Below are positions 40,939 through 50,495 of a DNA stretch of 64,000 bases, piece by piece; the first letter of the stretch is position 1; the number at the start of each line of letters is the position of its first letter. The notes beneath the pieces were generated by a model. The model searched no databases and was not told the DNA's origin. It saw only the letters and a list, made by a program, of their open reading frames with translations. This DNA is from Bacteroidota bacterium. Lineage in GTDB: Bacteria; Bacteroidota; Bacteroidia; NS11-12g; UBA9320. The translations under genes and the position numbers were made by a program. The stretch covers positions 54,590 to 118,589 of the forward strand of contig JAIBDD010000002.1 in NCBI GenBank assembly GCA_024679565.1, read 5' to 3'.

Positions 40939-43353
40939 TTAGGATATAAATTCAGGATACGTTTCGGGGTCAGAATCACTCATCAACCCATAAACGACGG
41001 TAAACACATCTTCGGCATTCGGCTTAGAAAAATAATCGCCATCTGTGCTATATGCTGGTCTATGCGCACGTGAAGTGATTGTTTTAGGCTGCGCGTCAAG
41101 CCAACGGTAACCCTCTTGCTTTTCTAAAACATGCTGCAACATATATGCTGTTGCCCCACCAGGTACGTCTTCATCCAAGAAAACAATCTTATTCGTTTTC
41201 TCAAGAGACTTTACGATGTTTTTATCCAAATCGAAAGGCAACAAAGACTGTACATCAATTAATTCGACAGATATTCCATGTTCTTCTAATTGCTTAATGG
41301 CATCCTCGGCAATTCTGCAACACGACCCATAGGTCACTAATGTTACATCAGAACCTTCTTGCAGTACTTCTACTTGGCCTAATGGCATCGTATAAGAGCC
41401 CAAATTGTCTGGTTTTCTTTCTTTCAAACGATACCCATTAAGACACTCAACAACAATTGCTGGTTCATCTGAAAGCAGCAACGTGTTATAGAAACCAGCC
41501 GCCTTAACCATATTGCGAGGTACTAAAACATGCATTCCTCGTACGGCATTTATAATCATCGACATGGGTGATCCACTATGCCAGATTCCTTCCAGTCGAT
41601 GACCTCTTGTTCTTATAATAACAGGATTTTTCTGTCCTCCTTTGGTTCGATATTGCAATGTCGCAATGTCGTCGCTCATTATTTGAATCGCGTAAATCAA
41701 ATAGTCGAGATATTGAATCTCCGCTATTGGCCTCAACCCTCGAAGAGATGCCCCAACGGCTTGTCCGATAATGGTGTTTTCACGAATACCAGTGTCCATT
41801 ACACGATTAATCCCGTGTTTTTCTTGAAGACCTGCGAAGCCCTGGTTTACGTCACCTATGTGGCCAAGATCTTCTCCAAACGCAACTACAGTTTTGTCTC
41901 GGTTTAATGCACCATCAAAACATTGTTGCAGTATTTCAAAGCCATTTAGTAACTCACTATCATCACTATACGCTGCAGGTATTTCGTTGACTTTAAGCGC
42001 GTTCCATTCCGACTCGCTATACAAATGACTAGAATAACGTTCTTTGTTTACGTTCTTATAATCGTCATACCAATTGATTACAGCCTGTCGGCCATTACTT
42101 TCTTCACCAATTGTTAAACGTAGTGCTTTAGCCACAGAAACACCTAAATCTTTTCGTATTGCGTTTTTGTCTGCACTTAGTCCTTTAATAAGTGCATTTA
42201 TTTCCTGTTGTTGACTAGACTCTTGACTCAAAGCCTCAAGCGCTTGTATACAAACGGCCTTTTCTTCTTGAATAGGTTTTATATATGCAGTCCAGGCGCC
42301 TTCTTTAGCCGCTTTAACTTCAGCAACAGCCTCCTCTTCAACGGCAATCAATTCTTCTTCCGTGGCTACCTTGCTTGTAACCATCCAAGAACGCATTTGG
42401 GCAATACAATCATATTGTGCTTCCCATTCTAATCTTTCTTTCGATTTATATCGTTCGTGTGAACCTGAAGTCGAATGACCTTGCGGCTGTGTTACTTCTG
42501 TCACATGAATAATGGCAGGAACGTGGTTTTTACGACATTTAGCAGCCGCTTTAGCATATGTTTTAACTAGCTCAGGATAGTCCCATCCTTTAACCGTGTA
42601 AAGGTCGTAACCCAATCCATCCTTGTCTGTTTTAAACCCTTTCAAAATAGAGCTTAGATTTTCTTTTGTCGTTTGATATTTTGCCGGAACAGAAATTCCA
42701 TACGCATCGTCCCATATCGAAACCAACATTGGTATTTGAAGTACACCTGCTGCGTTTATCGATTCCCAGAAAGGCCCCTCGCTTGTACTGGCGTTGCCAA
42801 TAGTACCAAAACCAATCTCATTTCCATTAATGGAAAAGTCAGTTAAATCATGAAGGGCTTGGTTGTCACGATAGAGTTTGGATGCCCATGCAAGGCCAAC
42901 CAGTCGACTCATTTGTCCTGCAGTAGGACTAATATCAGAAGATGAATTATAGTTTTCTGTTTGAATTTTCCAGCTCCCGTCGTCATTTAACAAACGAGTT
43001 CCAAAATGCCCATTCATACTTCTACCTGCACTTGCTGGCTCTTCTTCAACACTGGTTATGGCGTACAGTTGTGCAAAAAACTCGCGCTCCGAACTAATGC
43101 CTTTAGCAAACATGAACGTTTGATCTCGATAATACCCAGATCGAAAGTCACCTTTCTCGAAAGCCTTTGCCATGGCAAGTTGAGCAACCTCTTTACCATC
43201 TCCAAAAATGCCAAACTTAGCTTTTCCAGTTAAGACCTCTTTTCGTCCTAATAAACTAGCTTGGCGACTTCTGTAAGCAATCTTATAATCATTGATGATT
43301 TCAGATAGAAACTCTTCTTTACTGATATTTGCTTTTTCCGCCACTTGACTCAT
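40939..43353 (-). CDS. fused alpha/beta E1 component of a TPP-dependent 2-oxoacid dehydrogenase
   Basis: 804 aa. The N-terminal half resembles an E1-alpha and the C-terminal half an E1-beta subunit (transketolase-like pyrimidine-binding and C-terminal domains). Confidence 0.7.
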   Translation of the reverse strand: MSQVAEKANISKEEFLSEIINDYKIAYRSRQASLLGRKEVLTGKAKFGIFGDGKEVAQLAMAKAFEKGDFRSGYYRDQTFMFAKGISSEREFFAQLYAITSVEEEPASAGRSMNGHFGTRLLNDDGSWKIQTENYNSSSDISPTAGQMSRLVGLAWASKLYRDNQALHDLTDFSINGNEIGFGTIGNASTSEGPFWESINAAGVLQIPMLVSIWDDAYGISVPAKYQTTKENLSSILKGFKTDKDGLGYDLYTVKGWDYPELVKTYAKAAAKCRKNHVPAIIHVTEVTQPQGHSTSGSHERYKSKERLEWEAQYDCIAQMRSWMVTSKVATEEELIAVEEEAVAEVKAAKEGAWTAYIKPIQEEKAVCIQALEALSQESSQQQEINALIKGLSADKNAIRKDLGVSVAKALRLTIGEESNGRQAVINWYDDYKNVNKERYSSHLYSESEWNALKVNEIPAAYSDDSELLNGFEILQQCFDGALNRDKTVVAFGEDLGHIGDVNQGFAGLQEKHGINRVMDTGIRENTIIGQAVGASLRGLRPIAEIQYLDYLIYAIQIMSDDIATLQYRTKGGQKNPVIIRTRGHRLEGIWHSGSPMSMIINAVRGMHVLVPRNMVKAAGFYNTLLLSDEPAIVVECLNGYRLKERKPDNLGSYTMPLGQVEVLQEGSDVTLVTYGSCCRIAEDAIKQLEEHGISVELIDVQSLLPFDLDKNIVKSLEKTNKIVFLDEDVPGGATAYMLQHVLEKQEGYRWLDAQPKTITSRAHRPAYSTDGDYFSKPNAEDVFTVVYGLMSDSDPETYPEFIS

Positions 43354-43492
43354 GTATTCTTTGATTTGATACTAATGAAAAAACCACGCTTTATTTGTTA
43401 AACTTGCACCCAAAGCGTGGTGCAAAAGTACCAAATTTGACGCATTTAATTTAACAAAATGGCTGTCGCATTGTTATACATTAGCACGACAA

Positions 43493-43918
43493 ATGCATAA
43501 AATGAAATCGAACAAAGAATATACTGGTCCTATTATCCTTTTTGACGGTGTTTGCAATTTATGCAACTCTTCGGTCGACAAGGTTATACGATGGGATAAG
43601 AAAAAGAAATTTCGATTTGCTTCCTTACAATCAGCGTTTGCTATAAACCTCCTGAATAACTCTTCCGTTAATCCTAAAGATTTAAAGAGCATTGTATACT
43701 ACCATGAAGGAAAAGTCAAACAAAAGTCGAACGCCGTTTTGGCGATCGTTTTTCAACTTGGCTTTCCCTATTCGTTACTCTATGTCTTTAAACTTATTCC
43801 TCGCTTTTTGCGCAATTATGTATACGATATAGTGGCTAAAAATAGGTACCAGTGGTTTGGCGAAAAAGAGACTTGTCGGATTCCAACGGAAGAAGAGAAG
43901 TCCCTATTTATGGGTTAG
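43493..43918 (+). CDS. DCC-family (DUF393) thiol-disulfide oxidoreductase
   Basis: ILFDGVCNLCNSSVDKVIRWDKKKKFRFASLQS contains the hallmark DCC motif. Confidence 0.75.
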   Translation: MHKMKSNKEYTGPIILFDGVCNLCNSSVDKVIRWDKKKKFRFASLQSAFAINLLNNSSVNPKDLKSIVYYHEGKVKQKSNAVLAIVFQLGFPYSLLYVFKLIPRFLRNYVYDIVAKNRYQWFGEKETCRIPTEEEKSLFMG

Positions 43919-46070
43919 TTTGGTTTAGACTTGCCCCTGCTGATCTATCTACTTTTATGGATGGGTTTCCTGAGTAACTAAAATTCGATGCTGCGTTTAA
44001 ATCCCCTGTTAATTCTGAGGTTACTTCAGCTGATGCTTTAGACGCTCCACTCATATCAACATTTGCATTTTCCGTTGTTAGATTTTTTCCATTAAAGTTT
44101 GATGCCCCATTTAACTCGAGCAACAAGAGGTCGGTTTTACCGGCAAACGTTGACATAGACCCACCTGAACCATCGATTGAAATTTTTTCTGAAATAATGT
44201 TGTTCACTTCTACTTCGGACGCCCCTGTCAATCGAAGATCAAAATATGACTTCTCATTGTCAGAAGCGTCCAAAGTAACTTTACAAGATCCTGCAACCTC
44301 TAACGCTTTTAAGTTTGAAAGCTGAATAGTGATGACTTCGTCTTCACCAACAAAGCTCTTTTTTTGTGTTAACTCAATTTTGTTGTCAGATATATCGACA
44401 TCCACCCATTTACGTCCATCATCACGTGCTGGAATATCAACACCAGATTCATTGCCTTCAATTACACGAACAGTTAGTGCACCATTAACTTCAAGCTCGT
44501 TGTAATCTCCATCCATACTGTTATATTTCTGTTTGGATATTTTCTCAGAACAATCTTCACATCTAAAGCCCGCCTCTGACATATAAAAAACATGACCGGC
44601 CATATTCGCATCATCGATATCTTGAAGGTTGTCTACATGGTGGATTATCTGTTTGGTAGATTCATGAAATATGACTGTCTGCCCAATCGGGACCTTAACC
44701 GTTAAAAATAATGATGCGGACGTAATGTGCCTCTTATCATTCAATAACACCTTCTCACTAAGCAATAAAGTGTTGTTTGTCAATCTATAGGCGGGGGCAA
44801 TTGCTTCGGTAGATTCTTTAGCAACATCTTCATTCCTTCCTCTAGCAGACTTTTGAACTTTTAGCTCAACGTTATTTCCAGACGATTGGATTACATCAAG
44901 TTTAATGTTTCTCCTCGTTTTCGTATACTCTTCTGCTAACAAATCATCTACCCGCAAAATAATTGTATCGCTATTCACATCAAGTGTTTCGACAACTGTA
45001 GCAGTTCCTTCCGACTGGTATTCTCGTGCATTATAAAAGAATCCAATTATGGCTAAAATAATGGCAAGAAACCAACCTGAAATCATAGATTGCTTTACCG
45101 GTTTTGATGGTTTAGGAACGGCCGAAAGTACTTCTGGTAATATGTGAATGGCTAGATACGCCAATGGTATAGCAAAAATCAAGTAGAACGCAATTTTAAA
45201 GAACCACGATCCGGCACCCAGAACCATAACATTAAATACATTTCCGTCAATCCGAATATTTGAATCCAGGTTAAAGAAATGGCCATTAAACAAAATACCC
45301 ATCAAAGACGAAATGAGTAAAACAATAATTCCTACGAAAGCCATCACTGCAAAGAGTTTGAAAAATGCACCGAATACCCGCTTAAGAAACCCAAAAAAGG
45401 ACTCAAAAAAATGCGATACGGACTTTCTGTTTTCTGGAGAAGCGATACGGTCGTAAGCTGCTTTTGCCTCACTATGTATGGTATTCTTTATATTCTCTAT
45501 ATTGGGTGACTCACCCATCATTTCTAGTTTTTCAGCAGTAGTTTTTGCCCCAGGTAAAATGGCCCACAAAATGATATATATCCAAAACCCGAACCCGAAC
45601 ACCAATAAAGAAACTAGCCATAGAATACGCAGTACCGTTGGGTCAAAGTCAAGATACTTGGCAAGCCCCGCACAGACACCACCGATTTGCTGGTTGTCTA
45701 TGTCTCGAAACAAGCGTCTTTTCGCTCTAGATGAAGATTTCGTTTTTGCGTCTTTTTGTTTTGGCTCTTCGGTCGCATTTCCCGAAGTAGTTTCTTGTGG
45801 TTCTGCTTCGGCTTCAAAGTCTGATGGGTAACCCATTGTTTGTGCCACATCCTCCACATCCTGCATGCTGATTGAAATTTTTGTTTCATTCAATTTAGCC
45901 TGAAGCATTTCTCCAACACGCAACTCAATGTCGGCAATGATCTCATCACCGTTTTCCGTATCTCTGAAATGATTCCCAATGTTTTTTAAATAATCCCTTA
46001 GGGAGTCAAAAGCATCTTCTTCGATTGTAATGGCAATTCCGCCAATGTTGATGGTAGCTATCTTATTCAT
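43908..46070 (-). CDS. large PspC-domain membrane protein with C-terminal DUF2807/GIN-like beta domain
   Basis: PspC block GGVCAGLAKYLDFDPTVLRILWLVSLLVFGFGFWIYIILWAI. Several further TM helices. C-terminal Gly/Ala/Ser/Asn-rich repeat region. Confidence 0.75.
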   Translation of the reverse strand: MNKIATINIGGIAITIEEDAFDSLRDYLKNIGNHFRDTENGDEIIADIELRVGEMLQAKLNETKISISMQDVEDVAQTMGYPSDFEAEAEPQETTSGNATEEPKQKDAKTKSSSRAKRRLFRDIDNQQIGGVCAGLAKYLDFDPTVLRILWLVSLLVFGFGFWIYIILWAILPGAKTTAEKLEMMGESPNIENIKNTIHSEAKAAYDRIASPENRKSVSHFFESFFGFLKRVFGAFFKLFAVMAFVGIIVLLISSLMGILFNGHFFNLDSNIRIDGNVFNVMVLGAGSWFFKIAFYLIFAIPLAYLAIHILPEVLSAVPKPSKPVKQSMISGWFLAIILAIIGFFYNAREYQSEGTATVVETLDVNSDTIILRVDDLLAEEYTKTRRNIKLDVIQSSGNNVELKVQKSARGRNEDVAKESTEAIAPAYRLTNNTLLLSEKVLLNDKRHITSASLFLTVKVPIGQTVIFHESTKQIIHHVDNLQDIDDANMAGHVFYMSEAGFRCEDCSEKISKQKYNSMDGDYNELEVNGALTVRVIEGNESGVDIPARDDGRKWVDVDISDNKIELTQKKSFVGEDEVITIQLSNLKALEVAGSCKVTLDASDNEKSYFDLRLTGASEVEVNNIISEKISIDGSGGSMSTFAGKTDLLLLELNGASNFNGKNLTTENANVDMSGASKASAEVTSELTGDLNAASNFSYSGNPSIKVDRSAGASLNQTNP

Positions 46071-46077
46071 TTTTTAA

Positions 46078-46404
46078 TTATAGGCTTGTTAATTGTTTCA
46101 CAGAATAGCTTAATACCTTCCATGTCTTGTCTAATTCGGTCAAAAAGGCTGTGCCTTCTGCAGTTATTGAATAATACTTTCGAGGCGGTCCTTGATCCGA
46201 CTCCTTCCAATTATAATCAAGAAATCCTGCGTTTTTTAATCTGGTTAACAAGGGATAAAGTGTCCCTTCCACGATTAAAAGTTTAGCGTCTTTCAACTTT
46301 CCAATTATGTCAGAGGCGTATATTTCCTCACTACTGATTATTGCCAATATGCAATACTCAAGTATTCCTTTCCGCATCTGTGCTTGTATATTTTCTAACT
46401 TCAT
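46078..46404 (-). CDS. PadR family transcriptional regulator
   Basis: GILEYCILAIIS...YASDIIGKL...EGTLYPLLTRLKNAGFL winged helix. Immediately upstream of the PspC-domain gene, a conserved pairing. Confidence 0.85.
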   Translation of the reverse strand: MKLENIQAQMRKGILEYCILAIISSEEIYASDIIGKLKDAKLLIVEGTLYPLLTRLKNAGFLDYNWKESDQGPPRKYYSITAEGTAFLTELDKTWKVLSYSVKQLTSL

Positions 46405-46509
46405 GTGGGTGTAACTCTTATTTGGTTATGCAAATATATATGTTTTGCATGGTACCATGCAATACAAAGTACTATAAAAGTTTTGTTTTAATCGACAAAG
46501 AGCAGTCGA

Positions 46510-47181
46510 CTAGTCGAAACATTCCATCAGAAACAGGATGCCCGAATCAAACTGTATCTCAATGATACCGTCGGTTTCCGCTTCGTTGCTACTTCCTGTT
46601 CTTTGTGGAATAATAAAATCTTCTTGATGTAGATTAAATTTTAACCCAGTCGTCTCAATTCCACGAACATCAGTCATTGGAATAAGAGAAATGATGGACT
46701 CGGCACTGAAATATTTGGCAAACTTTGCTGGTTTTGAGGGCAGCATATAGGCTTTGGAATAATCGTCGATTATGCAAATGGGCATATTCGAACCATATTT
46801 GGCGACAGTAATTAAATTGTTATGAGAGTGGTCTAATCTTTTACCCGTAGCCCAAACAATGTTAGCCGCTTTGTGTCCGGTGTCTAAAAGATACTTTATA
46901 CCTTTTTCCAGGTCTGTTGTCTCTTGATCTTCAATAACAATCCAATCAATCTGCTGCTCGTCTTCTACACTAAGTCGATTGACATTTAAACTATCAAAAT
47001 CTCCAATTACCGCATCAACCTTGATACCCTTCATAAGCACCCGGTCTAAAGCACCGTCTAATACAAGCACAAAAGGGTTCCACTCTAGCAGCTGATTAAG
47101 TACTTCATTAGAACACTCATCTCCATTGGCAATGATAAGTGCTGGCTCTTGCTTGTCGCGGACGAAATGGTGTGATGACAT
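46510..47181 (-). CDS. thiamine pyrophosphokinase
   Basis: ALIIANGD...VDAVIGDFDSL catalytic motif and a C-terminal thiamine-binding region. 223 aa. Confidence 0.7.
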   Translation of the reverse strand: MSSHHFVRDKQEPALIIANGDECSNEVLNQLLEWNPFVLVLDGALDRVLMKGIKVDAVIGDFDSLNVNRLSVEDEQQIDWIVIEDQETTDLEKGIKYLLDTGHKAANIVWATGKRLDHSHNNLITVAKYGSNMPICIIDDYSKAYMLPSKPAKFAKYFSAESIISLIPMTDVRGIETTGLKFNLHQEDFIIPQRTGSSNEAETDGIIEIQFDSGILFLMECFD

Positions 47182-47266
47182 TCTTGACTATATAGTTACA
47201 ACTATGTGTGCGTAAAATACGTACTTTGTTAGCATTAAGGTGTTATACAAATTTACTCACGATCAA

Positions 47267-49318
47267 ATGCCGACAAAAATCATTCTAGCCCTTTTATCAG
47301 TTTTGCTGATATCGTCTTGCAAACGAAAAGAGAAAACCTGGGACACAAATATTAAAGCTCCGTTATTCAAAGCAGAACTTGGTTTCAATAATCTTTTAGA
47401 TGACAGCCTTCTGGTTGTTCAATCAGATAAAAGTTATAGCCTAAGTTATGACTATGGATATGCCATCGACAGTGTTGGAAGTTATCTTGATGTTCCAGAC
47501 ACTCTTGACAAGGTGAAAATCACGCTTGACAAGCTTGTGTTGGCTGACCGTACGTATGTAGACACCTTTACATTGCGCGAAATGGATCCTCAAACAGGTT
47601 TGTTTGATGGGTTAACTCTACCCTTTGATGCTCAAAAAATTGAAAACCCACAAGGAGAACAAGAAATAGATGTTAGTGAGGAGTTCTTCCAAACAGCCAA
47701 ATTCAACAAAGGCTTTTTGGATATTAAGATTCACAACGACCTACCCGTTTATGTGGATGTAATCATATTTAAACTCGTCAATAAACAAAGTGGTGAAATT
47801 GTAGCACAAGACACCTTTACAGATATTGCACCAGATGATTCTTCGTCCAAATCTATTGATTTGGCCGGTAAGGTTGTGGACGGCGTGATGGTTGGCAGCA
47901 TTGTTAGAGTCGAAACACGAGCAAGCAACGGTCCTGTGCTTATTGATGCCGATAAAGGCGTTCGTCTATCGTTGTCCGTTCATTCTCTTGAACCAGAGTA
48001 TGCAACGGCCATTTTTCCTGAACAAACTTTAGTAGAAGACAAACAGGAAGTAGTGTATAAATTTGGTGGTCCGCTTATTACAGAAATTAAGGCACGAAGT
48101 GGTACGGTCAAAATGCGAATTTCCAGTACCATCGCTGAAGAAATCATCATCGACTATTCCTTCCCGAATAGTGGGGAAAATGGAGATTTTAATAAGCCAT
48201 TTAATAAGCAATATCGTGTACCCGCTGCTAAACCAGGCACAACACAGGTTATTGAGGGCACCTTCCCTTTGGACGGATATGTGATGCAATACAAAGGACA
48301 AGATCCAACACAACCACCCTTTTTCAACACCGTATATAGTGAACTTACGGCTCGAACTGTGTATTCAGGAGAAGTAAGAGACTTGTCTTTAGATGATTTT
48401 GTTGAGATAGAATTTGGGTTGGTAGATATAAAACCAGAATATGCCTTTGGCGACTTTGGAAAGAAAGAATTTGAATTGAACGAAACTGTTGATATTCCTA
48501 TTTTCAAAAACGTATCTGGCGCAATCGATTTAGAATCGGTTAAAATGAATCTCTTCCTTGATAATGCTTTTGGCATCCAAGCGTTAACGACAGTGAATTC
48601 AATCACCGCCAGTAACTCAATGAACAATAACTCGGTTTCATTAACGCACCCAGAGGCCATTGGTCAAGACATTTTATTAACCAGAGCAACCAACCCCCCT
48701 TTGTTAGCCCATACGCAGTTTTATGAGTTTGATCAAAACACATCAAATATTAAAGCGTTTTTCGAGGTTCTCCCGGATCAAATAACCACCGATTTAAAAA
48801 TAATTAGTCGCCCTAACGGAAGTAATGACTATACGGATTTTGTTAAAGACGAAAGCTACCTTCGGGCTAGGTTAAATGTTGTAATGCCGGTTCAATTCTC
48901 TGCCGACAACCTCACGTTAGTAGAAAAACAACCCTTTGATTTCAATTCTCTTGAAAATGCCGAAAAGATAAAAAGTGGGTCATTCAAGCTAAAAGTACTT
49001 AACGACTACCCATTTGACGCCGAGATAAAAGTTGAGTTTTTAAATGAAGTTGACGAAGTTCTTCTACCTCTATTTGCCTCAGGCGAAAAAATTGAAGCAG
49101 CACAAATAAATGGTGCAACAGGTAAAACAGATGAGGCGGCGCTTAGTTACCTAACTGCTACCATATCAGAACAACAGATGGACATCATTCGGGAGTCAAC
49201 AAAGGTGCGCATAACCAGTGTGTTTGATTCACCCAATGGTTCGCCCAACAAAATATTTAGTGATTACTTACTTAAAACTCAATTGTCGGCAGACTTTGTT
49301 TATGAACAGACTTTATAA
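47267..49318 (+). CDS. hypothetical lipoprotein (~680 aa)
   Basis: Start set at MPTKIILALLSVLLISSC (lipobox). Tracked start is 47240. No recognised domain. Confidence 0.55.
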   Translation: MPTKIILALLSVLLISSCKRKEKTWDTNIKAPLFKAELGFNNLLDDSLLVVQSDKSYSLSYDYGYAIDSVGSYLDVPDTLDKVKITLDKLVLADRTYVDTFTLREMDPQTGLFDGLTLPFDAQKIENPQGEQEIDVSEEFFQTAKFNKGFLDIKIHNDLPVYVDVIIFKLVNKQSGEIVAQDTFTDIAPDDSSSKSIDLAGKVVDGVMVGSIVRVETRASNGPVLIDADKGVRLSLSVHSLEPEYATAIFPEQTLVEDKQEVVYKFGGPLITEIKARSGTVKMRISSTIAEEIIIDYSFPNSGENGDFNKPFNKQYRVPAAKPGTTQVIEGTFPLDGYVMQYKGQDPTQPPFFNTVYSELTARTVYSGEVRDLSLDDFVEIEFGLVDIKPEYAFGDFGKKEFELNETVDIPIFKNVSGAIDLESVKMNLFLDNAFGIQALTTVNSITASNSMNNNSVSLTHPEAIGQDILLTRATNPPLLAHTQFYEFDQNTSNIKAFFEVLPDQITTDLKIISRPNGSNDYTDFVKDESYLRARLNVVMPVQFSADNLTLVEKQPFDFNSLENAEKIKSGSFKLKVLNDYPFDAEIKVEFLNEVDEVLLPLFASGEKIEAAQINGATGKTDEAALSYLTATISEQQMDIIRESTKVRITSVFDSPNGSPNKIFSDYLLKTQLSADFVYEQTL

Positions 49319-50495
49319 TCTCGTCGTTCTTATTCTTTTATACGGCACCTGCTTCGGACAGGAAGGTGACTCGGTAAATCAAAATACGACCTTCCAAAAG
49401 GAAATATCCATTGACAAAAAATTAGTTGTTGTTGGAAATGGCGGTGTCATTACAAGCTTTCTCAATAATAGTTTAGTGAAGGAAAATCATTGGACTGATG
49501 AAATCATTCAAAATCAAATCAACGCCCTGGGTAGCAAAAATCGTTTTGGTGCTTATGTGGCTTTTGATGCAACATACCACATAGGGAATGGCACTTTTTT
49601 CGGAGCTGGTTATCAAAACATAATTGGTGCGACTACACAAAAATCTATTTTTCAACTGATTCTAGAGGGAAACAAAAACCAACCCAACATTACCTTAGAT
49701 CAGCATAACGGGTTCGAACAAATCGGGTTTGCATTTGTAACTGTCGGCAAAGAGTTCGTTGACTCTTCCGCTCAACGTAAAACTAGTTTTAGCGTAAACC
49801 TTTACGGAAGACAAAATTATTCTAAGTATAGTGCCGATGGAGGCACCTTTGATTTAGACAGCGCTGGTGAATCAATCCAAGTAAACGATGCCGCCCTCTC
49901 AATTTCCCAAGACATTTCAGATCCATTCAACACCTTTGGTATAGGCGCTAGTTTTAAAATGAATCAAATTTTCAACGAAAATCTTATCTCGTTTGAAATC
50001 AACAATCTTGGCGTTTTCTTTGGTTCCAATATCCGCTCGGCACAAATGATAGAGGCATGCACCTTCGACGGTTTCAACCTTTCTTCTCAAATAAATAACG
50101 CCGGAGGCGTTACACTTCAAGATTCCGTAAATAACAATTACTTTGAAACAGATACTTCAAGTGCTGTTCAGTTATTGCCGTTTTCAACACGTTTTGCGAT
50201 AAGTAAACCACTTGGAAATAGGAATTCTTTTAGAGCAGAAATACATTACCTATACTTCACAGGTTATTACCCCTTGTTAAAAGCTGAATACCATCAGCGT
50301 TTTAAGGGCACAAATGCCTCTTGGAATGTAGGTGCACGTGTTGGTGGTTTTGGAAATTATGCCCTGTCGCTTGGAACCTATATTCCCCTCGGCAAACACA
50401 CGATAACAGCAAAAATTGCTGGTTTAGAATCTATGGTTTCAGAAAATCTACCTGTGAATTGGTGTGGTCAAATCGGTTTAAAGTTTATGCTTTAA
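49302..50495 (+). CDS. hypothetical secreted protein, likely outer-membrane beta-barrel
   Basis: Start at MNRLYNLVVLILLYGTCFGQ (49302), overlapping the upstream gene by 17 bp. Gly/aromatic-rich alternating segments. Ends GQIGLKFML. Confidence 0.5.
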   Translation: MNRLYNLVVLILLYGTCFGQEGDSVNQNTTFQKEISIDKKLVVVGNGGVITSFLNNSLVKENHWTDEIIQNQINALGSKNRFGAYVAFDATYHIGNGTFFGAGYQNIIGATTQKSIFQLILEGNKNQPNITLDQHNGFEQIGFAFVTVGKEFVDSSAQRKTSFSVNLYGRQNYSKYSADGGTFDLDSAGESIQVNDAALSISQDISDPFNTFGIGASFKMNQIFNENLISFEINNLGVFFGSNIRSAQMIEACTFDGFNLSSQINNAGGVTLQDSVNNNYFETDTSSAVQLLPFSTRFAISKPLGNRNSFRAEIHYLYFTGYYPLLKAEYHQRFKGTNASWNVGARVGGFGNYALSLGTYIPLGKHTITAKIAGLESMVSENLPVNWCGQIGLKFML

